Positions 7,612 to 16,735 are shown, numbered from the stretch's first letter. The stretch: 17,434 nt of DNA from a virus (IMGVR_UViG_3300037067_014938:1-17434), one strand, 5' to 3'. Numbers and translations are program-made. The notes: generated from the sequence alone by a model not told the origin.

Positions 7612-8465
7612 AAATAATCGGTATACATGGAAAAGCAAAATCCGGAAAAGATGAAATAGCTAAAATATTATGTTACTCATACGGTTGTTTACATATTACC
7701 TTCGCGGATAAAGTTAAAGAATATGGAATAAAGTATTTTGATTTAACAAAAGAAGTTTGTTATGGCACAAAAACAAAGGAAAGCAGACTCATTCTTCAAG
7801 GAATAGGTAATGGCATTAGACAACTTTTAACAAATGATTCTTTTTTAGTCAAAAGTATTAACCGTATTAGTATTGACAAATTAACTCCAAATGATGACTA
7901 CATAATAAGTGGTGATACCATTGGAGTATCGGGATACCCTACATGGGTAGAAGATATCGCGATTAAAGAATTTAATCTAACCCAATCAGAATTAAAATCA
8001 AAAAAGAAGTTAGTTAAAATTATATTAAGAGGAATTAGTACTCTAATTAAAGAAGAATATCAAACATTAATTAATGCAACAATAAAACAAAAGATATCAG
8101 GGGATCTTATATGGGTGCAACTTTTAATAGAACGATGCAAAGATATTGATGGAGTTATTGTAATATCAGATGTTAGGTATCAAAACGAAAAAGAATTTAT
8201 TGATAAAAACGGGGTCTGCATAAAAGTGATAAGAGAAGACAAACCGGATATTGAAACTGGAGAAACCCATCCATCAGAGATTAATTTAGATGAGATAAAA
8301 GAATCTGAATGGTTTTTTATTATTAGGAACATGCATAAAGAAAATTGGGAAGAATTACTAACTATTCAAACCAGTAATTTAATAAGTAAATTAAGAACAA
8401 AAAAATTCTTTTCACAAGAATATATAAAAACTAAATTTAAGACAAGTGGAGATTTGTATGATTAA
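7608..8465 (+). CDS. Phage-type deoxynucleoside monophosphate (dNMP) kinase with internal insertion/duplication
   Basis: P-loop GKAKSGKD, FADKVK, R-x-x-LQ-x-x-G, IWV, VISDVRYQNE and HPSE, in the order seen in the T4 gp1/T5-like dNMP kinase family. Confidence 0.88.
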   Translation: MKIIGIHGKAKSGKDEIAKILCYSYGCLHITFADKVKEYGIKYFDLTKEVCYGTKTKESRLILQGIGNGIRQLLTNDSFLVKSINRISIDKLTPNDDYIISGDTIGVSGYPTWVEDIAIKEFNLTQSELKSKKKLVKIILRGISTLIKEEYQTLINATIKQKISGDLIWVQLLIERCKDIDGVIVISDVRYQNEKEFIDKNGVCIKVIREDKPDIETGETHPSEINLDEIKESEWFFIIRNMHKENWEELLTIQTSNLISKLRTKKFFSQEYIKTKFKTSGDLYD

Positions 8466-8736
8466 GCATTATGCAAGTTTTGAACATCACGGAAAAACAG
8501 TATTCTCTGTTTGTGGATTAAGAGGAAAACATAGAAAATATTGTTTATGCTTTCAATGTTCAAAATTTAAACCGGATAAAAGAGACGAAAATTGTGCTAT
8601 TGCAAATGATGTGTATAACCTGTGTATAGCCCATAATTTAACAACCCCTGTTTTTGAATGTCCAGAATTCAATCCGATTCAAGGAAAAGATGGATACATG
8701 ATTTGGACTATCAGTTCTATTCAGGAAACTAAGTAA
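8458..8736 (+). CDS. Small Cys-rich hypothetical protein (92 aa), probable metal binder
   Basis: ATG at 8458 follows GGAG by 7 nt; 7 Cys including CLCFQC and ECPEF. Confidence 0.7.
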   Translation: MIKHYASFEHHGKTVFSVCGLRGKHRKYCLCFQCSKFKPDKRDENCAIANDVYNLCIAHNLTTPVFECPEFNPIQGKDGYMIWTISSIQETK

Positions 8737-9038
8737 TGGATTTACATGAAACAATTTTAAAATTAGACAATTATAAATGCAGATATTCTGGGTGTACAAG
8801 ACAAGAATTACAGGTTCATCATATTATACCTCGGTCACAAGGTGGCAAAGATACAGAATGGAATATGATAACTTTATGTTATTATCATCATGATTTAATT
8901 ACACGCAATAAATTATCTGATGAATTTATACTAGGGTTACATTTAGGAAATTCTTATTTTAGGTGGACAAGAGCATTAAAATGGCACTTAATTAAACAAC
9001 AACTACGGAAAAAAGGCAATAAAAATGAGAAAAGATAA
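8736..9038 (+). CDS. HNH endonuclease
   Basis: C-x4-C...LQVHHIIPRSQGGKDTEWNMITLCYYHH: HNH beta-beta-alpha-metal motif with Zn ligands. Confidence 0.9.
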   Translation: MDLHETILKLDNYKCRYSGCTRQELQVHHIIPRSQGGKDTEWNMITLCYYHHDLITRNKLSDEFILGLHLGNSYFRWTRALKWHLIKQQLRKKGNKNEKR

Positions 9039-11079
9039 GTCACTTTCTATTGAACTTTATGAAAGAATAAAAGGCACAGTTGCACCAGTATTAGAACAAT
9101 TTCTATCTATATCTCCCGATGAAAGATTAGAAAGGGAACAACATGGAGAAAATTTGGCAACTATATTAACCGATGCACTTCATCCAGTTATTGAACATAC
9201 CAGAATTAGCTCTATTCTTATTCTTATGGAAGAGGGTATAGGAAATATGGTTATGCTTACTCCAGTTTTAAGAAATTTAAAAAGCACTCATCCGGGTTTG
9301 AAAATAACTGTTCTTTGTAAGAATCCCGCCGCTCAGGTAATCCAGGGATGGGAATGTGTAGATAAAGTCATTACTGAATTTGATTATAATTATTATGATT
9401 TGGTTTATATAACCATATGGGGACAACAGCTAGCCCAAAAGTATAGTGAAGAATTAAAACAATATACGAAATATGTCCTTGCATCATCTTTGAAAACATT
9501 TCATGAAACAATGCAACACATGTCCGTGGCCTCATTCTTAGAATCATCTACTAATTTGAGTGATACCCATTGCCAAGTCGCATATGATGAGACATCAAAG
9601 TCAATACTTGATTATACACACAATAAAGGAAAGTATATTATATTTGCAAATACAGCATTAAGACTTCCCGGTGATCCGTGGAAATCAAAACGTTGGCCAT
9701 ATTATATTGAATTAGCTGAAATAATAAAAAATAAACATCCTGAGTATACGGTGTACCTTGTTGGAACAAAAGACGACGCTGAAGAATTCGAAGGAGTAAA
9801 ATTACCAGATAATATGGATCTCAAATTTTTTGATTCATTAGATATTCCACATTTGGCATATTTAATATCAAATGCAGAGTTCTTTGTTGGCAATGATTCA
9901 GGGCCAGCACATATTGCTGCAGCAGTTGGAACTAAGACATATGTCTTATTTGCACCAACTCTTATAAGCAAAAATAAGCCCCTTGGTAAAAATGTAACTA
10001 TCCTTCATAAGAATATACCCTGCTCCCCTTGTCAATATACTGAGAGATTTGGAAATTGTGATTGTATAGGTTATATGTCTGCACATGAAGTTTATAATGA
10101 AATTTTTTATCCACAACAAACAAAACCTTCAGTATTATTAGTTGGAGATACTTCTTCGGGTGCATTTAGAAATGAGATTTCAATCAAAAGAGTATTAGAA
10201 AAAGAATTAAAAATGAAAGTAACAATGTATGAATATAGACAACGAGAAAATAAATTAAAAAGTAATATTGAGATGACATATGAATTACTTAATAATATAG
10301 TGCATAACTCATATGATTATGTGCTTATTTGTGGAGGACAAACTCTAGTTCCTGATATTCTTTCGACGCTACCCCGATTATCCCCAAAAACAAAACTTAT
10401 CAATTGGTACGTGGATAATCGTAAAACTGTTGAACCTTGGTTTGCTAGATTAAGCTCCATTTGTAAGGCATCTTTTTGGTCTACTGGTGATCCTAATTTA
10501 CTTTCAAAAGTTTTTTCTCAAACTCAAAGACCATGTATGTTCTTGCCTATTACTCCGGATGAACATCTGTTCAAACCTATGCCTGAAGTAAAAAAAGATA
10601 TAGATGTACTGTTTGTTGGTACACCACACTCTAAAGAAAGGGTTGAACTTTTAGAATATCTTGTTAAAAATGGAATAAAAATTGAAATTTATGGTGATGG
10701 GAAATGGCCAGAATCACTAAAGAAATATGTGCATCCCGGAGTGTTTGATAAGGATTTTGTTAACTTGCTAAATCGTGCCAAGTTAGTTCTTAACATTAAC
10801 ATAGTTAATGATGTTCCTTTATATTTTTCAGATAGATATTTTCAACCCATGGCAGTTAAAACTGTAGGTTTGAATAAGCGTGTTCCAAACATAGAAGATA
10901 TGTTTGAAGATAAAAAACATATGTTATTGTATAATGCACCCGAAGATTGTTTAAAGTTAATTCAAGAATATCTTCCCAAAACGGAGGAACTTCAGAAAAT
11001 TTCTGAGGAAGGACATAAACTTTATATCGAAAAGTACACCTTGACTAAAATGCTTAACCAAATGTTTGAGGTAATATAA
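9025..11079 (+). CDS. Bifunctional glycosyltransferase: GT9 (heptosyltransferase-like) fused to a CgeB-like GT-B module
   Basis: GT9 motifs GIGNMVMLTPVLRNLK, KRWP, FVGNDSGPAHIAAAVGTKTYVLF and PCSPC in the N-terminal half; CgeB-like DVLFVGT, RVELLE, IYG-x-x-KW, KLVLNI and SDRYF in the C-terminal half. Confidence 0.85.
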   Translation: MRKDKSLSIELYERIKGTVAPVLEQFLSISPDERLEREQHGENLATILTDALHPVIEHTRISSILILMEEGIGNMVMLTPVLRNLKSTHPGLKITVLCKNPAAQVIQGWECVDKVITEFDYNYYDLVYITIWGQQLAQKYSEELKQYTKYVLASSLKTFHETMQHMSVASFLESSTNLSDTHCQVAYDETSKSILDYTHNKGKYIIFANTALRLPGDPWKSKRWPYYIELAEIIKNKHPEYTVYLVGTKDDAEEFEGVKLPDNMDLKFFDSLDIPHLAYLISNAEFFVGNDSGPAHIAAAVGTKTYVLFAPTLISKNKPLGKNVTILHKNIPCSPCQYTERFGNCDCIGYMSAHEVYNEIFYPQQTKPSVLLVGDTSSGAFRNEISIKRVLEKELKMKVTMYEYRQRENKLKSNIEMTYELLNNIVHNSYDYVLICGGQTLVPDILSTLPRLSPKTKLINWYVDNRKTVEPWFARLSSICKASFWSTGDPNLLSKVFSQTQRPCMFLPITPDEHLFKPMPEVKKDIDVLFVGTPHSKERVELLEYLVKNGIKIEIYGDGKWPESLKKYVHPGVFDKDFVNLLNRAKLVLNINIVNDVPLYFSDRYFQPMAVKTVGLNKRVPNIEDMFEDKKHMLLYNAPEDCLKLIQEYLPKTEELQKISEEGHKLYIEKYTLTKMLNQMFEVI

Positions 11080-11366
11080 TGGATAGAAAAACTAATGTCA
11101 TGCATGTAACTCCAGAAATGACAGATAATCAAGCTGATATAGTTGGCGTTCTTTCATTTTCTCAATTAATGGTTGAAAGATTAATTGAGGCAAAAGAACA
11201 AGGAAAACATGGATGGCATACTAATTTAATTACATTAGAGTACTTAGAAAATAAATTAGATCTCGCTGTTAAAAATAATGATTATCTTGATATTGCTAAT
11301 TATGCTATGATGATTTATCACAAAAAAGAAATGTTAAAAGAGCTTATTAATAAACATGAGGATTAA
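11079..11366 (+). CDS. Small all-alpha phage protein, possibly NTP-pyrophosphatase-like fold
   Basis: TAATG overlap with the upstream gene; motif GKHGW...LENKL...DYLDIANYAMM recalls a common phage hypothetical family. The fold assignment is a guess. Confidence 0.5.
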   Translation: MDRKTNVMHVTPEMTDNQADIVGVLSFSQLMVERLIEAKEQGKHGWHTNLITLEYLENKLDLAVKNNDYLDIANYAMMIYHKKEMLKELINKHED

Positions 11367-11613
11367 TATGCCGATTAATACAGAAAAATTTCAAGTGACT
11401 ATCGTTTTAAATGAACTTGATGGTTCACGAAATAAGAAAAAATTAATAGCATTTGATTCAGAAGAACAACGAGATGGTTTTTTAAAAAAATGTAATCGTC
11501 ATGTATTATATGATTACTGGAGTTATTCATATGGGTTAACTTTTTTAGAGCTTTCTGATGGATCATTAATTAATTATTCACACATAGTTAGAATAGAAAA
11601 AGGAAATGTATGA
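11356..11613 (+). CDS. Hypothetical protein (85 aa)
   Basis: Overlaps both neighbours; no recognised motif. Confidence 0.65.
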   Translation: MRINMPINTEKFQVTIVLNELDGSRNKKKLIAFDSEEQRDGFLKKCNRHVLYDYWSYSYGLTFLELSDGSLINYSHIVRIEKGNV

Positions 11614-12668
11614 GAATTATATATGCAAGAATGGCGGGTTACGGTTTTGTTTCAACTCCATCTGATGCCGTAGTAAGAGAGTTAGAAAATTTAGGACATA
11701 CTGTTTTTTGGACTGATAACTTGTCATATTTACCAACTGACAAATATGATTTTGTATTTTCTCCATATGAATCAGCAACAATTTTGGGGGATGCTATATC
11801 TAAGATTTTGGGTGTACCCCATTATGCTCATATTGAAGTTGTACCGCCGTGGAGATATATTCAAAATATAGATTTTCAAAACTATGGTTTGTCAGCAAAT
11901 GACCCCGAATTACAGCCAGATATTTTCAGAAAAACACGGGCATATTATGCCCAGGTTTTAATGGCCTATAAAAATGCTACTATTTGTAGTACATCTAATA
12001 AATGTAGGTTAGATTACATGCAAATAATGAGCGAAAGACAAAATATATTACTCAGATATCCATCTATTGATACAAGAATAATAGAATGTGCAAAAAAGAT
12101 GTACTCACCTAAAAAAGACCCTAAAAAGATAATTACAATTTCTAGAGCAATGCCAATAAAAAGATACGACTTACTAATAAAAGTAATGAATGAAATTAAA
12201 ACTCCAAATATGACTTGGACTATCATTGGTGAAGGTCCAATGATTGAAATTGTTAAAAAAGAATTAACAAATCCAAACATTAAATTAGAAATCCTTGGAG
12301 TAAAGTGGGGATGGGCAAAATGGTATGAACTAATGAAAGCTAGTTACATGATATATGCCATGGGAGGCATGCCACCTATCGAAGCTGCAATGCTAGATGT
12401 AATGCCAGTGGTAATAGAAAATGAATCTACATTACACTTACCGGAATTTGATAAATTTATGGAGTATAACTTTAACAAAAATATGCCCATCTTTAAGTCC
12501 AATAAGATAAAAGAAATGGCTCAACGTATGGATGAAGAGATTCTTAATAAAGATGTAGCACCGGACCTTCTTATAATAAAAGATGACTTTCTTAATGGAA
12601 AAATGGGTGTAACAACGTCAAAACAAAATGCAATTCAATTAATTGACAGGATGAGCCATGTTGTCTAA
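11610..12668 (+). CDS. GT4-like (GT-B fold) glycosyltransferase
   Basis: C-terminal Rossmann-like segment IITISRAMPIKRYDLLIK...WTIIGEGP...GMPPIEAAM. Confidence 0.75.
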   Translation: MRIIYARMAGYGFVSTPSDAVVRELENLGHTVFWTDNLSYLPTDKYDFVFSPYESATILGDAISKILGVPHYAHIEVVPPWRYIQNIDFQNYGLSANDPELQPDIFRKTRAYYAQVLMAYKNATICSTSNKCRLDYMQIMSERQNILLRYPSIDTRIIECAKKMYSPKKDPKKIITISRAMPIKRYDLLIKVMNEIKTPNMTWTIIGEGPMIEIVKKELTNPNIKLEILGVKWGWAKWYELMKASYMIYAMGGMPPIEAAMLDVMPVVIENESTLHLPEFDKFMEYNFNKNMPIFKSNKIKEMAQRMDEEILNKDVAPDLLIIKDDFLNGKMGVTTSKQNAIQLIDRMSHVV

Positions 12669-13617
12669 ATTTTTAATAACAGGTGGAGCGGGTTTCGTTG
12701 GCGGGAATTTAGTTAGATATTTGCTTGCCAATTCAGACGTAACCTCTCATGTTACAATTCTTGATAATTTTTCTACTAAGGGTTCCTTAGAAAATGCCAA
12801 AGGTATCAAAGATGAATTTAAGGGTAAAGTAACTCTTATTAAAAATAACCTATACTCTGCAAGTTCCAAACCAGAATTGTTTACAATGGTAAAAAAACAT
12901 GATTATATTATGCATCTCGCAACGTGTGATATCAGTCAAAGTTCTATAAATCCAGAACAAGCCGTATATACGAATATACATGGAACAAGAGAAGTGTTAG
13001 AAGCATGCAAAAAATATGAAAAAAGATTATTTTATGCCTCTTCAGCTTCAGTGTATGGAAATCAGTTGATATTACCAATTCCTGAAGATACTGTCTTACA
13101 TCCATTATCTATGTATGCTGTTACAAAATTAACAGGAGAACAACTTTGTTTATTATACCACGATGAATATAATGTTCAAGTTTCTATTGGGCGGTACTCA
13201 AATGTTTACGGGCCTAATTATTTTATTGCTAACCCTTATAGTGGATTAATAACAAAGTTACTTGCTTTATTTAAAAAAGGAAAAATTCCCCAATCAATTG
13301 AAGTAAAAGGTGATGGATCTCAAACTAGGGATTATGTTCATGTATCTGATATAATATATGCATCTATGTTAATTTTATTTTCGCCTAGAGCAATAGGTGA
13401 AATATTTAATATTGGCACTGGGATAGAAACTAGTGTAAATCAAGTTATCAATTTATTTAGAGAAACTTTTGATGTACGAGTTTATCATACAAGTGATAAC
13501 CATATTGATAATATTAGACGAAGAAGTTTAAATGCAGAAAAAATAAGATCAAAACTCAAATGGACTCCCACGGTTTCTTTAAAAAATGGGATAGACGGGT
13601 TGTTAAGAAATGTGTAA
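12658..13617 (+). CDS. NAD-dependent nucleotide-sugar epimerase/dehydratase (extended SDR)
   Basis: GGAGFVG NAD-binding motif, ASSASVYG, catalytic YAVTK (YxxxK), RYSNVYGP, GDGSQTRDYVHV, FNIGTG. Confidence 0.93.
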   Translation: MLSKFLITGGAGFVGGNLVRYLLANSDVTSHVTILDNFSTKGSLENAKGIKDEFKGKVTLIKNNLYSASSKPELFTMVKKHDYIMHLATCDISQSSINPEQAVYTNIHGTREVLEACKKYEKRLFYASSASVYGNQLILPIPEDTVLHPLSMYAVTKLTGEQLCLLYHDEYNVQVSIGRYSNVYGPNYFIANPYSGLITKLLALFKKGKIPQSIEVKGDGSQTRDYVHVSDIIYASMLILFSPRAIGEIFNIGTGIETSVNQVINLFRETFDVRVYHTSDNHIDNIRRRSLNAEKIRSKLKWTPTVSLKNGIDGLLRNV

Positions 13618-14635
13618 AATTGGGATTATTGGATATGACGCCCCTACTGGATTAGGGGTGATTATTTCTGAATTCAAAAAACATTTAGATATTTCAGAAC
13701 ACCTTATTATTAAACACCCTTCATTTATAAATAGTCCAATAAATTGTACAAAAAATGCTGGAGAATGCAGCGATGATGAGTTTATTACTTTTGTAGAACA
13801 ATCCACATTTGACATACTTGTTATTATAGAAACTCCATTTAACTGGAATATTCTTCATATGGCCCATAAATTGGGTATAAAAATCGTATATATTCCTATG
13901 ATGGACGCCATGTCAATAAACACAGTTAATAAATACCATATGTTTATAGATAAGGTTCTTTGTTTTACAAGGTATAGCTTTAAACATTATAAAGAATACT
14001 TTAAAAAAAGTTCAATAGTCTCATATCTGCCTTATCCGGTAGATACAGATATTTTTTCTCCAGAAAGACTGTTAAATGTTTCTAATAAAAAGTTATTTCT
14101 TCATAACCAAGGCAATGGAGGTGCACATTTTAGAAAAGGTTCTGATTTAATTTATCAAGCATTTAAAAATTTACCATCTCTAACTTGCCATGTTAATAAA
14201 CAACCAACATTGAATAAAATGTATCATTTACCAAATGATTTACCTAATTTAACTATTAAGACAATGTTATATAATGAACCAGCAGATGCATATTCATATG
14301 GAAGGATATATTTAGCTCCCTCTAAACGAGAGGGATTAGGGTTACCTATATTAGAAGCTATGGCTTGTGGTCTTCCAGTGATAACTACGGATGCTCCCCC
14401 GATGAATGAGCATGGTAAAAATTTATTAGTTTCAGCAAAACAAATATATTACACTAAAGATAATGATACTCCATTTTTAGATATATCTGTAGATGATCTT
14501 ATTTGTGTTATAAAATTTGCTTCTAGTAACTTGTCGTATATGACAGACCTTTCAAAAGAGAATAGAGATTATATGATCTCTAATCAATCATGGGAAGCAT
14601 TAAAACAAAAATATATTGAATATATGGAAAATTAA
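13610..14635 (+). CDS. GT4 glycosyltransferase
   Basis: RKG motif and EGLGLPILEAMACGLPVITTD (E-x7-E retained). Confidence 0.9.
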   Translation: MCKIGIIGYDAPTGLGVIISEFKKHLDISEHLIIKHPSFINSPINCTKNAGECSDDEFITFVEQSTFDILVIIETPFNWNILHMAHKLGIKIVYIPMMDAMSINTVNKYHMFIDKVLCFTRYSFKHYKEYFKKSSIVSYLPYPVDTDIFSPERLLNVSNKKLFLHNQGNGGAHFRKGSDLIYQAFKNLPSLTCHVNKQPTLNKMYHLPNDLPNLTIKTMLYNEPADAYSYGRIYLAPSKREGLGLPILEAMACGLPVITTDAPPMNEHGKNLLVSAKQIYYTKDNDTPFLDISVDDLICVIKFASSNLSYMTDLSKENRDYMISNQSWEALKQKYIEYMEN

Positions 14636-14637
14636 TT

Positions 14638-14940
14638 ATGCCAACTTATACGTATAAATGTAGCTCATGTAAGAGTAAATTTGACGCATATTCACCTAAA
14701 TACGACTATTTTTTTAGGACAATTTCTCAATGCTGCGGTGCAATCAGCTATAGGGTTTTTTCGTTGGGCATTTTTGCTATAAAAATAAAATCAACGGAGG
14801 TAACCCATAAAACAAAACGAAATGTTAGTAAACTTACTAATGGCATACCTATTGGTGAAGTTCCTGGTGATAAAGAGTACACCAAGGAATATGGCGGACA
14901 TAAAATTGGTGAAAAAGGATATATAGGACCATTACCATAA
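14638..14940 (+). CDS. FmdB-like zinc-ribbon protein
   Basis: MPTYTYKCSSC...SQCCG...RVFS matches the MPxYxYxCxxC zinc-ribbon pattern. Confidence 0.75.
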   Translation: MPTYTYKCSSCKSKFDAYSPKYDYFFRTISQCCGAISYRVFSLGIFAIKIKSTEVTHKTKRNVSKLTNGIPIGEVPGDKEYTKEYGGHKIGEKGYIGPLP

Positions 14941-15890
14941 TGAATATATTAATATGCGGAACATTTGATATTTCAAATTCAACTAGACATGAAGTTAAGG
15001 TTGCTGATTGTCTTAAAGAACTTGGTCATAAAATAATTCTGTATGACTACAGAGAAAATTTACGTTATTACGGCGAGTCTGTATGTATAACTGGGTTATT
15101 TATAAAAGCAAGAGCTACACAAACGGACTTAATAGTTATCTTTTCAGGAAAAGGGCTATCCGCAAAACTTGTTGAATTTCATAATTCAACAAATATACCA
15201 ATACATATATGGTATCACGATTATAACTTAAACTCTCCAAAACAACAATGGTTAGTTAAGTTAGCCTTAATCAGCAATAAAGTATTTTTAACTACGGGTG
15301 ATTTAAACTTCAGAAATTTATACCCAAACAAATATAACGAGCCTGCTATATTTTTACCAACAACAGCTTATGATAAAGTATTTTTCCCTGTTGAGATTTC
15401 AGAAAGAGAATATGACATATCGTTTATGGGTACGCCACATACGCACCGTATTGAATTAATGCGTTACTTGGTAGGTAACGGGGTACGCCTAGTTATCCAT
15501 AGTTATCCATCAATGGATTTTAAATGGCCGGAAGATTTAAAACCATATGTAACAGTTGCTAAATTTAATACGTTAGCAAACATAGTTTTGAACAGTTCAA
15601 AATTAATTTTAAATCCTAATGTTACTCAAGATGTACCACTTTGTTTCTCTGATAGATATTTTATGCCATTAGCCACTAAAACATGTGGGATTAATGAATA
15701 TTTTGAAGGATATGAGGAACTATTTAAACATGACGTCCATATGAGCATATGGAAAACGTATGACGAGTGTTTACACCAAATAAAACAACTGTTAACTGAT
15801 AAAGAAAAACGAATAAAGATTGCTCAAAATGGATATGACTTATATATGGAAAAATACAGACTTCAAGATATGGTAAAAAAATTATTATGA
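14940..15890 (+). CDS. CgeB-like glycosyltransferase, paralog of the C-terminal module of the 9025-11079 gene
   Basis: DISFMGTPH, RIEL, KWPEDLKPYV, KLILN, DVPLCFSDRYF and final NGYDLYMEKY helix all align with the 9025-11079 C-terminal half. Confidence 0.82.
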   Translation: MNILICGTFDISNSTRHEVKVADCLKELGHKIILYDYRENLRYYGESVCITGLFIKARATQTDLIVIFSGKGLSAKLVEFHNSTNIPIHIWYHDYNLNSPKQQWLVKLALISNKVFLTTGDLNFRNLYPNKYNEPAIFLPTTAYDKVFFPVEISEREYDISFMGTPHTHRIELMRYLVGNGVRLVIHSYPSMDFKWPEDLKPYVTVAKFNTLANIVLNSSKLILNPNVTQDVPLCFSDRYFMPLATKTCGINEYFEGYEELFKHDVHMSIWKTYDECLHQIKQLLTDKEKRIKIAQNGYDLYMEKYRLQDMVKKLL

Positions 15891-16735
15891 ATTTACTACA
15901 TGAACAAGTAATAAGAAATTACTATGTTGAAAAATGCATAGAATCTGCCACTAAACAAGGATTATTAACGGGGTCGCTCCATCTTTCAATTGGACAAGAG
16001 GCGTGTGATGTTGGTATAATAAATGCTTTTGATAACCCGCTAGTCTTCGGAAATCATAGAAGTCATGGACAATTTTTAGCAGCCACAAATAACCTTGATA
16101 GTCTAATTATTCAATTAAAAAATGGAATGAGTCAGCATTTGTATGCAGAAAATAAGTTTATCTCCCATGGTGTACAAGGAGGGTTATGCCCTATAGCCGT
16201 AGGAAATGCTTTAGCTTTTAAAAATAAGGGTATAAAAAGAAGAGTTCTATGTTTCATAGGAGATGGCACACTCGCTCAGGGTACTTTTACAGAATCCTTG
16301 TATCTAGCATCAATTTATCAGGCACCAATAACATTTATTATAATAGATAATAAATATTCCATGTCAAATACTAAACTTCCTTCATGTAAAGAAAATTTTT
16401 ATTTTGTAACAGACTTAATACGAGCTTACAATATTAAATGTTATGTGTTGTTGGACTCAAGAAATGTTTTAGGGATATATAACATGGGAGCAAATATAGA
16501 TGCCCTCGCTGGCCCAGATTCTATTTATATAAGATGCAATAGGTTATGTGGCCACTCTTGTTCAGATACTCAAGTGTACAGACCTAAAGAAGAATTAACA
16601 AAAGAATACTTTGATAAATTTTCTCCATTTATTTTTTCAAAAAATGAGATAAATCCTGTTATAGCCTATAAAATAAAGACAGAGGTAATAGAAACCTTTG
16701 TTAAACATTTACCTGAGTTTAAATATGTGCACTAG
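15887..16735 (+). CDS. ThDP-dependent dehydrogenase E1 alpha-like subunit
   Basis: HLSIGQEA, NHRSHG, ThDP/Mg motif GDG-x26-DN, and RLCGHSCSD corresponding to the E1 alpha GHS loop; 282 aa. Confidence 0.92.
   Translation: MNLLHEQVIRNYYVEKCIESATKQGLLTGSLHLSIGQEACDVGIINAFDNPLVFGNHRSHGQFLAATNNLDSLIIQLKNGMSQHLYAENKFISHGVQGGLCPIAVGNALAFKNKGIKRRVLCFIGDGTLAQGTFTESLYLASIYQAPITFIIIDNKYSMSNTKLPSCKENFYFVTDLIRAYNIKCYVLLDSRNVLGIYNMGANIDALAGPDSIYIRCNRLCGHSCSDTQVYRPKEELTKEYFDKFSPFIFSKNEINPVIAYKIKTEVIETFVKHLPEFKYVH

Noticed and set aside
9702-13815. Three - strand ORFs (9702-9971, 12014-12280, 13603-13815)
   Set aside because: Antisense shadows of well-supported glycosyltransferase and SDR genes.
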